From positions 6,371 through 70,370 of the forward strand of contig JABSPQ010000064.1 in the NCBI GenBank assembly GCA_013214205.1: a stretch of 64,000 nucleotides of DNA, read 5' to 3'. Below the pieces are notes generated by a model. It saw nothing but the letters and a program-made list of their open reading frames with translations, made no database searches and was not told the DNA's origin. The stretch comes from Flavobacteriales bacterium (lineage in GTDB: Bacteria; Bacteroidota; Bacteroidia; DT-38). The translations under genes were made by a program, and so were the position numbers. Each line of letters starts with the position of its first letter. The first letter of the stretch is position 1. Positions 62,843-64,000 of the stretch are shown here, piece by piece.

Positions 62843-64000
62843 TTGCCTGTGGAACGATATTCAATATATATACTAATAGTTTTTTTTCTGACCAACCTAG
62901 CTTGCCTTGAGGGATATTCTCAGGGTAGTGAGTTTAAATCTGAGAAAGAACTTATTAAAGCGTCAAACAAGCTCTTTTCAAAAGGAGAATACGAAACGGC
63001 TATGCCGCTGTTTTCTCAATTGAAAAGTGTTAACCCTGGCGAACCACTGTATGATTACAAGCTGGGAGTTTGTATGTTGTACGTTATGCCCGAAAAATCT
63101 GTGCAGATGCTGGAATACGCAGCTACCAAAGAAGGCATGAAAAAAGAGGTGCATTTCTACCTCGCAAGAGCCTATCACCTCAATTACAGGTTCAAAGACG
63201 CAATTGAATCCTACAATAAATTCACAAAATTAGCTGGAGTAAAAGAAATTCAGCAACTAGAAGTAGCCATGCATCTACAAATGTGTAGGAATGGTATCGC
63301 TTTAATGTATAGCCAAGGAGATGTAATGGTATATGGCTCTGGAGGAAAAGTAATCAACGAGTTTTTTACAGTAGAAGACAACCTGGTCTTCGACCTTGAG
63401 AATTACTTCAGGAAGTATGAATTGGACGAGTTTAAATCAAGAATCCTAGTAAAGAGTGATGACAAGAAAACCAAAAACGACCTTTCGAAAGAAGAAAACT
63501 CGCTTATTGTAAATACTACAGGGCTTAAAAAGGTGTTTTTTACCAGTTATGGTGAAGACGGTGAAAACAAAGACATCTTCTATTTTAGAAAAGGAACCTC
63601 TTTTGAAGCAAAAAATGCTGGCCCCATCATCAATACTGAGTTTGACGAGGAATATCCATATTACAATCCGGTTACCAATACACTTTACTTCTGTTCTAAA
63701 GGCCATAACAGTATGGGGGGTTATGATGTTTTCAGAACGGTATATGACATTACGACCAAAGCTTGGTCGAAGCCAAAAAACTTAATGTTTCCAATCAATT
63801 CACCTTACGACGACATTCTTTATATTTCTGATTTATCCGACGATTATGCTTATTTCTCATCTCAAAGGGGAGAATCACACACCAGTGTCCATGTTATTAA
63901 AATTAAAAGTGGACGCCAGGTAATTATTAAGGGAACTTTTATTACAGATACTCTTCCTGCGGATGCAGCAATTAACATTGATGTTTACGACACAGCGGAT
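62843..64000 (+). CDS. partial CDS (runs off the window): TPR + TolB-like (PD40) beta-propeller repeat envelope protein
   Basis: Absent from the ORF track because no stop falls in the window. My manual translation from TTG 62843 (or GTG 62849) is open for 386 codons. It has signal IYILIVFFLTNLACLEGYSQ, a TPR-like unit (KGEYETAMPLFSQL...), and a PD40-like unit (EEYPYYNPVTNTLYFCSKGHNSMGGYDVFRT...WSKPKNLMFPINSPYDD). Confidence 0.6.
   Translation, partial: MPVERYSIYILIVFFLTNLACLEGYSQGSEFKSEKELIKASNKLFSKGEYETAMPLFSQLKSVNPGEPLYDYKLGVCMLYVMPEKSVQMLEYAATKEGMKKEVHFYLARAYHLNYRFKDAIESYNKFTKLAGVKEIQQLEVAMHLQMCRNGIALMYSQGDVMVYGSGGKVINEFFTVEDNLVFDLENYFRKYELDEFKSRILVKSDDKKTKNDLSKEENSLIVNTTGLKKVFFTSYGEDGENKDIFYFRKGTSFEAKNAGPIINTEFDEEYPYYNPVTNTLYFCSKGHNSMGGYDVFRTVYDITTKAWSKPKNLMFPINSPYDDILYISDLSDDYAYFSSQRGESHTSVHVIKIKSGRQVIIKGTFITDTLPADAAINIDVYDTAD

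Noticed and set aside
1-64000. Search for CRISPR arrays, rRNA or tRNA genes, transposases, integrases, phage or toxin-antitoxin modules.
   Set aside because: I saw no regularly spaced 25-40-nt repeats, no tRNA T-arm/acceptor pattern and no rRNA-like conserved stretches. Every long ORF is accounted for by a housekeeping or envelope function. This was done by eye only, so tRNAscan-SE, Infernal and a CRISPR finder should confirm it.

Overview
This is an AT-rich chromosomal segment with clear Bacteroidota hallmarks. These include type IX secretion (T9SS) C-terminal sorting domains, a porQ-cmk-ispH-rpsA neighbourhood, a FeoA-FeoB fusion, DUF1599 and BT_3928-type genes, and TAnnTTTG -7 promoter boxes. 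It holds about 60 tightly packed protein-coding genes, mostly housekeeping: uvrB, aroE, glmM, serA/serC, lon, cmk, ispH, rpsA, pyrR/pyrB, rnz, feoAB, miaA, a CCA-adding enzyme, tsaC, dapD, ruvX, def, cdaA, folP, tpiA and plsY. I found no rRNA, tRNA, CRISPR array, transposase, integrase or phage gene. The one clearly accessory stretch is about 13.9-19.5 kb. It carries a same-strand tandem array of four paralogous secreted proteins, three intact and one decayed by two compensating frameshifts. Each has a T9SS sorting domain and a conserved core I cannot assign to any family. The array is followed by a 478-bp non-coding gap with an AAGTTAT iteron cluster and an unlisted 48-aa zinc-ribbon gene, and a 15-nt direct repeat sits at both edges. 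Other items worth follow-up are a 1494-aa orphan secreted protein (57.6-62.0 kb), a perfect 23-bp palindrome over the feoAB promoter with an unlisted FeoB-associated Cys-rich mini-gene, a translationally coupled rhodanese/ComA-like pair, and long charged tails on ribosomal proteins L31 and S1. All function calls rest on motifs I recognised in the supplied translations and on manual reading of the DNA. No database search or computation was run.
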